Source of the DNA: Patescibacteria group bacterium
Lineage (GTDB): Bacteria > Patescibacteriota > Minisyncoccia > Phycocordibacterales > UBA9973
Assembly: GCA_028868715.1 (NCBI GenBank)
Contig: JAGWUB010000002.1
Span: 79,605 to 143,604 of the forward strand
Reading direction: 5' to 3'
DNA length: 64,000 nt
Shown here: positions 18,734 to 27,515 of the stretch, piece after piece
How positions within the stretch are numbered: the first letter of the stretch is position 1
How the letters are laid out: every line of letters begins with the position of its first letter
The notes under the pieces: generated by a model
Databases searched by the model: none
Seen by the model: the letters and a program-made list of their open reading frames with translations, nothing else
Told to the model about the DNA's origin: nothing
Translations under genes and position numbers: made by a program

Positions 18734-18817
18734 GCCCAGGTGGCGGAATTGGTAGACGCGATAGACTCAAAATCTATTGATAGCAATATCATGAGAGTTC
18801 GATTCTCTCCCTGGGCA
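18734..18817 (+). tRNA. tRNA-Leu(CAA)
   Basis: GCCCAGG..ATAGA-CTCAAAA-TCTAT, long variable arm, GTTCGATTC, CCTGGGC-A. Confidence 0.95.
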
Positions 18818-18824
18818 CATAAAT

Positions 18825-20168
18825 ATGATAAAAAAAAAGAAAGAAGAAAAAATACCACTAGGTAAGTCAATTGACTTTAGGGTAAATGGCGGAAAAAAGC
18901 TAAGTGGCAGTATCAAAACGAACTTTTCCAAAAATGGTTCGGTGGGTCTTTTGTGCGCCTCTTTGTTAAATAGTGGCACTACTACCTTGCACGGTATTGC
19001 TCGTATCGAAGAAGTTTATAGAGTAATTGAAATCCTAGAGAGTATTGGCGTTAAGGTAAAATGGTCAGACAAAAATTCTATAATCATCAAGCCTCCTAGA
19101 ACATTCAACTTAAAAAATATTAATGTTGCCTCGGCTATTAAAACACGTTCCATAGTTATGCTTATTGGGCCAATCATCCACAAAATGAAGTCATTTTCAA
19201 TTCCACACGCGCAAGGATGTAATTTGGGTAAGCGAACCATCGCCGCCCACATATATGCCCTAGAAAAATTGGGCGTAAAAATAAAAACTACTGCCAAGAG
19301 TTATGAAATTTCAGCAAAAAAATTAAAACCTTCTGAAATAGTAATGTATGAGTCAGGAGATACTGCGTGCGAAAATGTTTTGACTGCAGCCGCGCTAATC
19401 AAAGGTTCGACGGCAATAAGTTTTGCCAGCGCAAACTATATGGTACAAGAGGTATGTTTTTTTCTTGAAGCTCTGGGGGTAAATATAGACGGTATCGGAA
19501 CTTCAACTCTCATGGTGCACGGGGTAAGTGAAATAAATAAAAATATTGAATATTGGAATAGTGAAGACCCAATTGAATCAATGATGTTTATCTCAGCTGG
19601 AATCATTACTGATTCACATATCAAGATAACACGGGCACCGATGGATTTTCTAGCTCTAGAGCTTGAAAAATTAAAAAGAATGCACCTAAAGTATAAAGTT
19701 TCAAAAGTTTACTATTCATATAATGGGCGCACAAAGCTTGCAGATATTGAGATATTTCCAAGTAAATTAGTAGCCTTAAATGACAAGCTTCATTCAAACC
19801 CATATCCAGGGATAAACATAGACAATCTCCCATTTTTTGTACCGATTGCCATTCGTGCCAAAGGTCAAAGCATGATCCACGATTGGGTTTATGAAAACCG
19901 TGCCATTTACTTAACAGAGTTAAATCGTCTAGGGGCGAACATAACTCTGGCTGATCCACATAGGCTCTATATTATCGGCGGGACACCTCTCAAGGCCGCC
20001 CAAGTGGTTTGCCCACCAGCCTTGCGTCCATCTATGGTTATTCTTATCTCGATGCTAGCAGCACCGGGTACTTCAATCCTACGAAATGTATACATGATAA
20101 ACAGGGGCTATGAAGACATAGCTCGTCGTTTGAATTCTATTGGTGCAGATATAAAAATTTTGAAGTAA
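18825..20168 (+). CDS. murA: UDP-N-acetylglucosamine 1-carboxyvinyltransferase
   Basis: SKN, GCNLGKR catalytic loop, PYPG, YENR, RGYE. Confidence 0.9.
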   Translation: MIKKKKEEKIPLGKSIDFRVNGGKKLSGSIKTNFSKNGSVGLLCASLLNSGTTTLHGIARIEEVYRVIEILESIGVKVKWSDKNSIIIKPPRTFNLKNINVASAIKTRSIVMLIGPIIHKMKSFSIPHAQGCNLGKRTIAAHIYALEKLGVKIKTTAKSYEISAKKLKPSEIVMYESGDTACENVLTAAALIKGSTAISFASANYMVQEVCFFLEALGVNIDGIGTSTLMVHGVSEINKNIEYWNSEDPIESMMFISAGIITDSHIKITRAPMDFLALELEKLKRMHLKYKVSKVYYSYNGRTKLADIEIFPSKLVALNDKLHSNPYPGINIDNLPFFVPIAIRAKGQSMIHDWVYENRAIYLTELNRLGANITLADPHRLYIIGGTPLKAAQVVCPPALRPSMVILISMLAAPGTSILRNVYMINRGYEDIARRLNSIGADIKILK

Positions 20169-20171
20169 ATA

Positions 20172-21038
20172 ATGAAAAAAGAAAAAGCTTTAGTGATATT
20201 AGGACAAACTGCTACAGGCAAGAGTGCCTTGGCTGTCAATTTAGCTCGCAAGTTTAATGGCGAGGTCATTTCTGCTGATTCACGCCAGGTATATAAAGGA
20301 CTGGATATTGGTACTGGTAAAATAACTAAAAAGGAGATGAAGGGTGTGCAGCATTATTTACTAGATGTGGCGAATCCAAAGAAAAAGTTTACAGTTGCCG
20401 AATATCAAAAAAAAGCAATCTACGCCATGGCTGAGATTGTAAAAAAGGGCAAAGTGCCTATCGTTTGTGGCGGTACAGGATTTTATATTGATGCAATTAC
20501 AAAAGGTATCGTTTTCCCAGACGTTCCACCTAATATTAAATTAAGAAAACTTTTGGATAAAAAATCTCTACCAGAGCTTTTTAAATTGTTAAAGAAACTG
20601 GATACTGTGAGAGCAAAAAATATTGATGTAAAAAATAAAGTCAGGCTAATCAGAGCAATTGAGATAACCACAGCTCTAGGTAAAGTTCCTAAAACTAAAG
20701 AGGTGCTACCTCCATATGAGTTTATAAAAATTGGCCTACACTTGCCTGCAGATCAATTAAATAAGAAAGTAGAGCAGAGGGTGAAAAAAATGTTTCAACA
20801 AGGTTTACTAAATGAAATAAAGAAATTAAAAAAACAAAAAATATCTGACAAAAGGTTGAGGGAGCTTGGTTTTGAATATTACAAACCTACGCTAGAGAAA
20901 GTAATCAGCGAAACCATCAAATATTCAAAACGTCAGATGACGTGGTTCAAGCGCGACAAAAAAATCAAATGGTTCTCCCCTTCCGAATCCAAAAAAATTG
21001 AGATGTATATTAAAAAATCTCTTAAAAAATCTCTATGA
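20172..21038 (+). CDS. miaA: tRNA dimethylallyltransferase
   Basis: GQTATGKS, SADSRQVY.GLDIGTGK, GGTGFY, KRQMTWF. Confidence 0.95.
   Translation: MKKEKALVILGQTATGKSALAVNLARKFNGEVISADSRQVYKGLDIGTGKITKKEMKGVQHYLLDVANPKKKFTVAEYQKKAIYAMAEIVKKGKVPIVCGGTGFYIDAITKGIVFPDVPPNIKLRKLLDKKSLPELFKLLKKLDTVRAKNIDVKNKVRLIRAIEITTALGKVPKTKEVLPPYEFIKIGLHLPADQLNKKVEQRVKKMFQQGLLNEIKKLKKQKISDKRLRELGFEYYKPTLEKVISETIKYSKRQMTWFKRDKKIKWFSPSESKKIEMYIKKSLKKSL
20416..20439 (+). repeat. Dispersed palindrome, copy 1 (inside miaA)
   Basis: caatct-ac-gccatggc-tg-agattg. Confidence 0.7.
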
Positions 21039-21623
21039 TTTTTTTCTTTTTGCTAAATGAAAAACACCCGGTAGGAGTGAAACTAAGACTATGAGTATTA
21101 CTACGTACAAAAGATATTCTTGTAGCTGAGGAAAAGATTGCCCGAGAAAATATCCACCCAAAACAAATACTGCTGACCAAACAAACGATCCCAGTAAATT
21201 ATATTTTATAAAATGAGAATATTTCATTTTAACCATCCCAGCTACTATTGGTAAAAATGTTCTAACCACAGGAACAAAACGAGAAAGTAGTAAGGCAGAT
21301 AATCCGTGCTTTTCTAAAAATGCGTGTGCTTCAGCTGTGTACTTTTTCTTTAAAATTTTTCTAAAGAATGAGTAATTATATAAAAAGTCCAACTTTGTAC
21401 CTATAAAATATCCAGCCACTCCTCCTAAAAATGCCGCCACAAATACCAATAAGGTCAAAAACACAATATTGTACCCCAGCCTAGTTGCCAATAATCCCGC
21501 AGTAAAAATAAGGCTGTCTCCAGGTAGAGGAAAGAATATCCCTGATTCCAGAAATACAATTATAAATATCCCCAGATAGCCATAATGGGTTACTAAATAT
21601 ATAATATCAAAAATATGAGTCAC
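21033..21623 (-). CDS. DedA family membrane protein
   Basis: ESG...PLPGDSL.F.AG, RFVPVVRT...AG. Confidence 0.9.
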   Translation of the reverse strand: MTHIFDIIYLVTHYGYLGIFIIVFLESGIFFPLPGDSLIFTAGLLATRLGYNIVFLTLLVFVAAFLGGVAGYFIGTKLDFLYNYSFFRKILKKKYTAEAHAFLEKHGLSALLLSRFVPVVRTFLPIVAGMVKMKYSHFIKYNLLGSFVWSAVFVLGGYFLGQSFPQLQEYLLYVVILIVLVSLLPGVFHLAKRKKS

Positions 21624-21696
21624 TTAAACAGCTTAACATACTTTTCAGATAAAATAGTGTTATAATACATTTATTACAATTAATATAATAAAATAT

Positions 21697-21927
21697 ATGA
21701 TGGAAAACTATAATTTAGAAAATAATTCAAAGCCTGATTTATCTCTCGGAAACTTACATTTTACTGACAAGGAAAAAGCAGACAAGGTAAAGAAACTTAT
21801 GACAGAGCAAGGGATGTCAGAGGAATTAGCAACTAACAGAGTTAATGACTTAGAAAAAATGGCTCAAAATCAACGAGCCGAAGCCATTCTAAAAAAAGAA
21901 ATGGGTGGAGGAACAACTAACCATTAA
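21697..21927 (+). CDS. Hypothetical protein
   Basis: 76-aa ORF with TGTTATAAT upstream. Confidence 0.55.
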   Translation: MMENYNLENNSKPDLSLGNLHFTDKEKADKVKKLMTEQGMSEELATNRVNDLEKMAQNQRAEAILKKEMGGGTTNH

Positions 21928-21957
21928 TCTATATTTTCTACACTTTTTACTTCTCTA

Positions 21958-22031
21958 TGGCGGGCGATGAGAGAATCGAACTCCCGACATCGGTTTTGGA
22001 GACCGAAGTTATACCACTTAACTAATCGCCC
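21958..22031 (-). tRNA. tRNA-Trp(CCA)
   Basis: GGGCGAT..TCGGT-CTCCAAA-ACCGA..TTCGATT..ATCGCCC-G-CCA. Confidence 0.95.
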
Positions 22032-22099
22032 AAATATGTTTTAAACAACAAAAAACGACCATAAGGTCGTATTTAGTATAGCAGAAATGCGCAGAAAAT

Positions 22100-22258
22100 C
22101 TATTTTTTGACTTCCTTGTGCTTGGTCTGCTTCTTGCACCATTTGCAGTACTTTTTAAGCTCGATCTTCTTAGTGACGAGTTTCTTATTTTTACTAGACC
22201 AGTAATTTATGCGTTTGCAGGTCTGGCAGGCAAGTTTTATAAGTCTATCTTGTGACAT
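22100..22258 (-). CDS. rpmG: 50S ribosomal protein L33, Zn-binding form (not in ORF track)
   Basis: MSQDRLIKLACQTCKRINYWSSKNKKLVTKKIELKKYCKWCKKQTKHKEVKK. Confidence 0.93.
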   Translation of the reverse strand: MSQDRLIKLACQTCKRINYWSSKNKKLVTKKIELKKYCKWCKKQTKHKEVKK

Positions 22259-22298
22259 GGGTATATATTAATATAAAATCAGGAAAATTGCAATTGAA

Positions 22299-23267
22299 TT
22301 ATTTGAGTGTGGTTTTTAATTTTTTCTCGTTGCCAAAACGCTCTATCGCCAGAGTAATCAGCCTATCTAAAAGTTTTGTTTGTGGAATACCACTTGCTTC
22401 CCAGAGCTTTGGGTACATACTGATATTAGTAAATCCTGGAATGGTATTTATCTCGTTCACAAGAACGGTACCATTTTTCTTTAAGAAAAAATCAACTCGA
22501 GCCAAGCCTTCACAATTTAGAGCCTGAAATGTTTTTATGGATAATTGTTGAATTTTTGTGGCAGTATTTTTGTGAATCTTTGCTGGAATCTCTGGAACTG
22601 CCCCCTCATCAATGTATTTAGCGTCATAAGAATAAAACTCTTGATTAGCAATAATTTCGCCAGGAATTGAGGCCATGGGATGATCGTTGCCTAAAACCGC
22701 ACACTCAATTTCCCTACCATTGATAAATTCTTCAACAATAATTTTATTGTCGTATTTAAAAGCTTCATTGACCGATTTTTTGAATTCTATTTCGTTTTTA
22801 GCCTTACTTACTCCTACAGATGAACCCATGTTTGCTGGTTTAATGAAAAGTGGTAGACCCAACTCCTTTTTAATTTTATTGAAATTTAATTTCTCACCAT
22901 TTTTTACAGTAATAAATTTCCCAATAGGCAGACCAGCATACCGCAAGAGCCTTTTCATAACATCCTTGTCCATACCAAGAGCGGATCCAAGAACTCCGGC
23001 ACCAACAAATGGCACCCCAGCGAGCTTTAAAAGTCCTTGCATGCTACCATCTTCACCAAACGGGCCATGCAACACAGGAAAGATTACATCAACTTTATTT
23101 AAGAGTGAAAAACTAAATTTTCCATTTTTGGGAATTTTAATTGGAACTATTTGGTATTTTGTCTTATCTAGTGCAGCTATTACATTTTTTGCAGAAGCCA
23201 ACGACACCTCATGTTCAGCTGATTTCCCCCCAAAAAGCACCCCGATCTTTAATTTCTTATTTGCCAT
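22299..23267 (-). CDS. ddl: D-alanine--D-alanine ligase
   Basis: FGGKSAEHEVS, LHGPFGEDG, GSSVGV, NEINTIPG. Confidence 0.95.
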   Translation of the reverse strand: MANKKLKIGVLFGGKSAEHEVSLASAKNVIAALDKTKYQIVPIKIPKNGKFSFSLLNKVDVIFPVLHGPFGEDGSMQGLLKLAGVPFVGAGVLGSALGMDKDVMKRLLRYAGLPIGKFITVKNGEKLNFNKIKKELGLPLFIKPANMGSSVGVSKAKNEIEFKKSVNEAFKYDNKIIVEEFINGREIECAVLGNDHPMASIPGEIIANQEFYSYDAKYIDEGAVPEIPAKIHKNTATKIQQLSIKTFQALNCEGLARVDFFLKKNGTVLVNEINTIPGFTNISMYPKLWEASGIPQTKLLDRLITLAIERFGNEKKLKTTLK

Positions 23268-23284
23268 GACGCTATTATACCTTA

Positions 23285-24019
23285 CTATTTCAAAATCGCA
23301 CTTTTTAGGTCGCTGGGTATATTTGTGAGTAGTCTATAACCCTTTTGGGTGATCAGAATCATATCTTCTATGCGTACCCCACCAAAACCTTTTAAATAAA
23401 TTCCTGGCTCCACAGTCATCACGCATCCTGTCGGAATAATATCTGTACTCTTGGGTTTAAAGTTCGGCCATTCATGGATGACGGTCCCTACTCCATGACC
23501 TAAGCCATGTTTAAAATTATTTTTATATTTTTTAGCTAAAAAACTGCGAGCTGATTTGTCTATCATCCATGCCTTCCTTTCACCATTTTTTATTTTATTC
23601 ATCGCTAACGTTTGCGCCTTTAATACATCCAAGTAAACTTTTTTTTGCTTCGCATTAGGTTTGCCCCAGAAATAAGTTCTGGTCATGTCGGAGCAGTAAT
23701 GGTTTACCGTCGTACCGATGTCAAACATCACTATGTCTCCTTTTTTTAATTTTGTCTTATTTGACTCATGGTGAATGTTGGCTGTATTTTTACCAAAAGC
23801 CACGATGGGTGGGAAAGATAAAATAGGTGCGCCGTGCTTGATAAATGACTTCTTGATAAAAGATTCCACTTGAAGCTCGGTAACACCGTCCTTCAAAAAA
23901 CTCACAGCATCCAGCAAAACTTTTTCACTAATTCTCTGCGCCTTGATAAGACTTGCAAGTTCTTTTTTATTTTTCACCGCCCGCACTTCATGCAGTAATT
24001 TTATTTTATTTATGTTCAT
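23285..24019 (-). CDS. M24 Xaa-Pro peptidase, catalytic domain only
   Basis: SDMTRT, HGLGHGVG..IHE, TVEPGIY, RIED. Confidence 0.88.
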   Translation of the reverse strand: MNINKIKLLHEVRAVKNKKELASLIKAQRISEKVLLDAVSFLKDGVTELQVESFIKKSFIKHGAPILSFPPIVAFGKNTANIHHESNKTKLKKGDIVMFDIGTTVNHYCSDMTRTYFWGKPNAKQKKVYLDVLKAQTLAMNKIKNGERKAWMIDKSARSFLAKKYKNNFKHGLGHGVGTVIHEWPNFKPKSTDIIPTGCVMTVEPGIYLKGFGGVRIEDMILITQKGYRLLTNIPSDLKSAILK

Positions 24020-24029
24020 TACAAATTCT

Positions 24030-24051
24030 TATATCAGCCATGGCTGATATA
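24030..24051. repeat. Dispersed palindrome, copy 2 (perfect 22-bp palindrome, intergenic)
   Basis: tatatcagccatggctgatata. Confidence 0.75.
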
Positions 24052-24056
24052 GTGTT

Positions 24057-25151
24057 TTAGAATAATTTGACTACGTCGTGATAGGTAACAATTAGCATCA
24101 TTAATATCAGCAGACCAAAACCAATCATGTTGGCAGTATTGGCAACTTTTGGGTTTATGGCTGAACCTTTAATCTTTTCAATAAGCAAAAAGAAAAGTCG
24201 GCCACCATCGAGTGCTGGAAACGGAATAATATTTATTATTGCCAAATTTATCGAGATAAGTGCAGCAAAAGACAAAAGGTAGGCAAAGCCAAATTGATAG
24301 GCGTCCCCTACTATACCAACCAAACCGACAGGCCCAGTGACAGATGCCAGGCTACCATGCCCCCTAACAGCATCTCTAATGAGCCCATAAAGCCCTATTA
24401 CCGTGCCTTTGGTTACAGATATGGTAAGTTTCATACCCTCAGAAAAAGCCTTTAAAATAGGCAGTTTTGCGGTCCCTATCTCATCCATCGATATGCCAAT
24501 GGTTGGTTGACCAGCGGTATTTGCTGGGGTCATTTTAGCTATATTAACCTCGGGGTTTCTGCCACGAGTGTAACCAATGTCTATTTCTTTAGATCCATGA
24601 GAAACTACAAAAGATTTTAAAGTGGTAGGATTTATTTCTCCAATTGAGTCTGTACTCGTGTTAACTGAAATTATTTTATCACCAGATTTGAGCCCAGCCT
24701 TAAATGCTGGAGATTGCGCCTCCACTGAGACAACCACCAAGCTTACATTTTCGAGTGGATATCCCTTTACTTGACTATCAATTGAAGTTGGAAGTCCGGA
24801 CATAAATCCAAAAGAAAACAACACCCAAGCTAATAAAAAGTTAGCAAATATTCCGGCAAACAACACAATAGCTTGCTGATACTTTGGTTTATTAATAAAA
24901 CTCCTACCAGCATCTGGGCCGTTCATATTTTCTTCATCTGGAGTTTCACCAAAGATTTTCACAAAACCGCCTATCGGCAACAAATTGAAAGAATAAAGAG
25001 TTTCCCCTTTTTTAAAACTAAATACTTTTGGAGGAAAACCAAAACCAAATTCATCTACTCGAATTCCAAATCTCTTCGCAGTGAAAAAATGCCCAAATTC
25101 ATGAGCTAGAACTAAAACTAATAAAATTACTATAAATATAATTATGCTCAT
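24057..25151 (-). CDS. rseP: RIP metalloprotease RseP (M50 with PDZ)
   Basis: HEFGH, PIGGFV, PFPALDGG. Confidence 0.92.
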   Translation of the reverse strand: MSIIIFIVILLVLVLAHEFGHFFTAKRFGIRVDEFGFGFPPKVFSFKKGETLYSFNLLPIGGFVKIFGETPDEENMNGPDAGRSFINKPKYQQAIVLFAGIFANFLLAWVLFSFGFMSGLPTSIDSQVKGYPLENVSLVVVSVEAQSPAFKAGLKSGDKIISVNTSTDSIGEINPTTLKSFVVSHGSKEIDIGYTRGRNPEVNIAKMTPANTAGQPTIGISMDEIGTAKLPILKAFSEGMKLTISVTKGTVIGLYGLIRDAVRGHGSLASVTGPVGLVGIVGDAYQFGFAYLLSFAALISINLAIINIIPFPALDGGRLFFLLIEKIKGSAINPKVANTANMIGFGLLILMMLIVTYHDVVKLF

Positions 25152-25158
25152 AAAAAAT

Positions 25159-25710
25159 TTACCCCATTATTTCCTTTTGTTTCTTTTCAAAAGTTGCTTC
25201 TAAATTTCCATTAACTTCATCAATAATCTTTTGGAGCTCATCCTTCGCGCGGAATTTTTCATCTTCAGTCATTTCACTCTTTTCTTCTTTGCTTTCTACG
25301 TCTTTCCAAACACTTTCTCGTTCTCGACGAACGGTAATTCTGCTTTCTTCCAATTTTTCTTTTAATACTTTTACTAAAGTTTGTCGGGATTCTGTAGTTA
25401 ATTGTGGAAAAATTACTCTCATACCTAGATCATCCACCACTACTGACAAGCCCAAATTTGACCCAGCAATAGCTTTTTCAATACCTTTTATCTGGGTTTT
25501 ATCCCAAGGTGCGATACGTAGGGTTTTTGGATCTTCAATTGACACCGAGGCCACATTTTTTAGTGGCACAAAAGAACCATAAGATTCTACCACTACACTA
25601 TCTAGCACCATAGGTGAAGCACGGCCAATATTGAGCTCTCGGTATTCTTTTCCTAAAAATTCCTCTACTTTTTTAAGTTCTGTTTTAAAGTTCGAAAAGT
25701 TGTATTGCAT
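25159..25710 (-). CDS. frr: Ribosome recycling factor
   Basis: GRASP..LD, PWD, P.LT.E.R, RRER. Confidence 0.93.
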   Translation of the reverse strand: MQYNFSNFKTELKKVEEFLGKEYRELNIGRASPMVLDSVVVESYGSFVPLKNVASVSIEDPKTLRIAPWDKTQIKGIEKAIAGSNLGLSVVVDDLGMRVIFPQLTTESRQTLVKVLKEKLEESRITVRRERESVWKDVESKEEKSEMTEDEKFRAKDELQKIIDEVNGNLEATFEKKQKEIMG

Positions 25711-25733
25711 AGTTATATTGTAACATTTTAAAA

Positions 25734-26456
25734 TTAATTTGAGAAATTTGGTGTAATTAATGCCACGGATTCCATTAGAGTTTTGGGAGAACTTCCTGGC
25801 ATACGCAGAAATTCACGAACTTTAAAAAAGTGTTCAAAAACTCTTGTGTCAAAGACTCCTTTTGAGATTTTTTTATGCAAACTAGCCTCAAGTGCATTTA
25901 AAAATTTTAAAGCTTTGGCGCGAGGAGAATCCACTGATAAAATTTCATTTTCGTCTTCATCTTCCGGCTCTTCTTCCGTTAATAATTCTTTAATGAAATC
26001 AATTCTATCTTTGGGCGACATTTTTATAAATTTTTCAGCTTCTTTGACTTCTTCTGTTAGATTCGATTTGGTAGATATAAAATACAATCTAGAAAAAAGT
26101 GTTTTCAAAAGAACACTCGCATCCGGGGTAATAATAAAGAAATGTGTGTTTTCAATTGGCTCTTCAAAAATTTTTAATAGACTGTTTTGTGCTTCAAGTA
26201 GAAAATTATTAGCAGAAATTATAAATATTTTCTTGCCCGCAGAAAGACCTTTTTCTGATACGTATGATTTTAAATTACGGGCATCGTCAATCTTAAAAGA
26301 ATCTGTGCTTATTTGAATAAGGTCTGGATTAGCAACAGTACTTACCCCGATGCTTTTTAAAAACTTTAATATTTCTGGCACTATGTCGGCTTGCGCACCT
26401 TCTATTAGATATGCATGGTGTAGATTATTTTTATCAAAATATTCCTTTATGCTCAT
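25734..26456 (-). CDS. holB: DNA polymerase III delta'-like clamp-loader subunit
   Basis: HHAYLI.G, IDDAR, EAQNSLLK.FEEP. Confidence 0.7.
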   Translation of the reverse strand: MSIKEYFDKNNLHHAYLIEGAQADIVPEILKFLKSIGVSTVANPDLIQISTDSFKIDDARNLKSYVSEKGLSAGKKIFIISANNFLLEAQNSLLKIFEEPIENTHFFIITPDASVLLKTLFSRLYFISTKSNLTEEVKEAEKFIKMSPKDRIDFIKELLTEEEPEDEDENEILSVDSPRAKALKFLNALEASLHKKISKGVFDTRVFEHFFKVREFLRMPGSSPKTLMESVALITPNFSN

Positions 26457-27479
26457 TTATTTCTTACTTAAAACTGTTTTTTTATATACATCTAAATGTT
26501 CGAGTGCTATGCCAGTACCTTTTGCTACGCAAAAAAGAGGATCTTCGGCCAAGCTTGCTTTTACTCCAGTTTTTAGATAAATCAAATCAGTAAAATTTCG
26601 TAGAAGTGAAGAGCCGCCCGTCATAATAATACCGTGGTCAATAATATCAGAAGCAAGCTCCGGTGGAGTTTCTTGCAAGACGTTTTTTATGGCTTTGACT
26701 ATTTGTTTTAATTCTCCATCTATGGCACGCACGATTTCGTTAGTTGATACTTGAGCACTTCGTGGCAAACCTTGGATAAAATCTCTACCTTTGATAGTTA
26801 CTTGTAGTTCTTCTTCTAAGGGTACGGCGGCACCAATTTTTATTTTTACTTCTTCAGCAGTTTTATCACCGATGGCTAGGTTGAAGGTTTTTTTAATATA
26901 ATCAGCAATAGCAGCATCTATTTTGTTTCCAGCACATTTCACTGAAGTAGAGGCAACAATTCCACCAAGGGAAATAACTGCCACGTCGGTAGTGCCTCCG
27001 CCAATATCTACTACCATGTATCCCCTTGATTCATAAATAGGAATACCTGCGCCGATAGCTGCTAGGATGGGCTCTTTGACCACGTAAGCATTTTTGGCAC
27101 CAGCTCGTATAGCAGCTTCCACTACAGCTCTCCTTTCGGTGGATGTGACACCTGCTGGTACTGATACCATAACGTCTGGTTTAAAAAAACTAAAACGCCC
27201 CATAGCTTTATTTATAAAGTAATGAAGCATAGCCTCGGTTACTCGATAGTCTGCAATAACTCCGTCTTTCATCGGACGATAGGTAATGATAGATTCAGGA
27301 GTTTTTCCAATCATGTCTTTAGCTTCAAAGCCAATGGCTAAAATTTTATTATCTTGTTCTGAAACTGCAACCACAGAAGGTTCATTTAAAACTATCCCCT
27401 TGCCAGGTAAAAATACTAGGGTATTTGCCGTTCCTAAGTCTATACCCAATTTTCTTGAGAAAATATCCATAAAAGCCAT
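26457..27479 (-). CDS. mreB: Rod shape-determining protein MreB/Mbl
   Basis: GIDLGTANT, DIGGGTT, TPPELA, TGG. Confidence 0.95.
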   Translation of the reverse strand: MAFMDIFSRKLGIDLGTANTLVFLPGKGIVLNEPSVVAVSEQDNKILAIGFEAKDMIGKTPESIITYRPMKDGVIADYRVTEAMLHYFINKAMGRFSFFKPDVMVSVPAGVTSTERRAVVEAAIRAGAKNAYVVKEPILAAIGAGIPIYESRGYMVVDIGGGTTDVAVISLGGIVASTSVKCAGNKIDAAIADYIKKTFNLAIGDKTAEEVKIKIGAAVPLEEELQVTIKGRDFIQGLPRSAQVSTNEIVRAIDGELKQIVKAIKNVLQETPPELASDIIDHGIIMTGGSSLLRNFTDLIYLKTGVKASLAEDPLFCVAKGTGIALEHLDVYKKTVLSKK

Positions 27480-27515
27480 AAAAGCAATATAGCATAAATA
27501 TGCTAGAATTAAAAT

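Noticed and set aside
18679-18979. ORFs 18679..18870 and 18767..18979
   Set aside because: Antisense to tRNA-Leu and murA
21958-22031. Alternative genetic code (UGA=Gly, as in Gracilibacteria)
   Set aside because: Conserved genes are uninterrupted in code 11, and TGA is used as a stop (e.g. 2784, 7302)
25847-25867. Imperfect palindrome tgtcaaa-gactcct-tttgaga in holB (SKGVFDT)
   Set aside because: May belong to a second coding palindrome family, but there is only one convincing copy in this window
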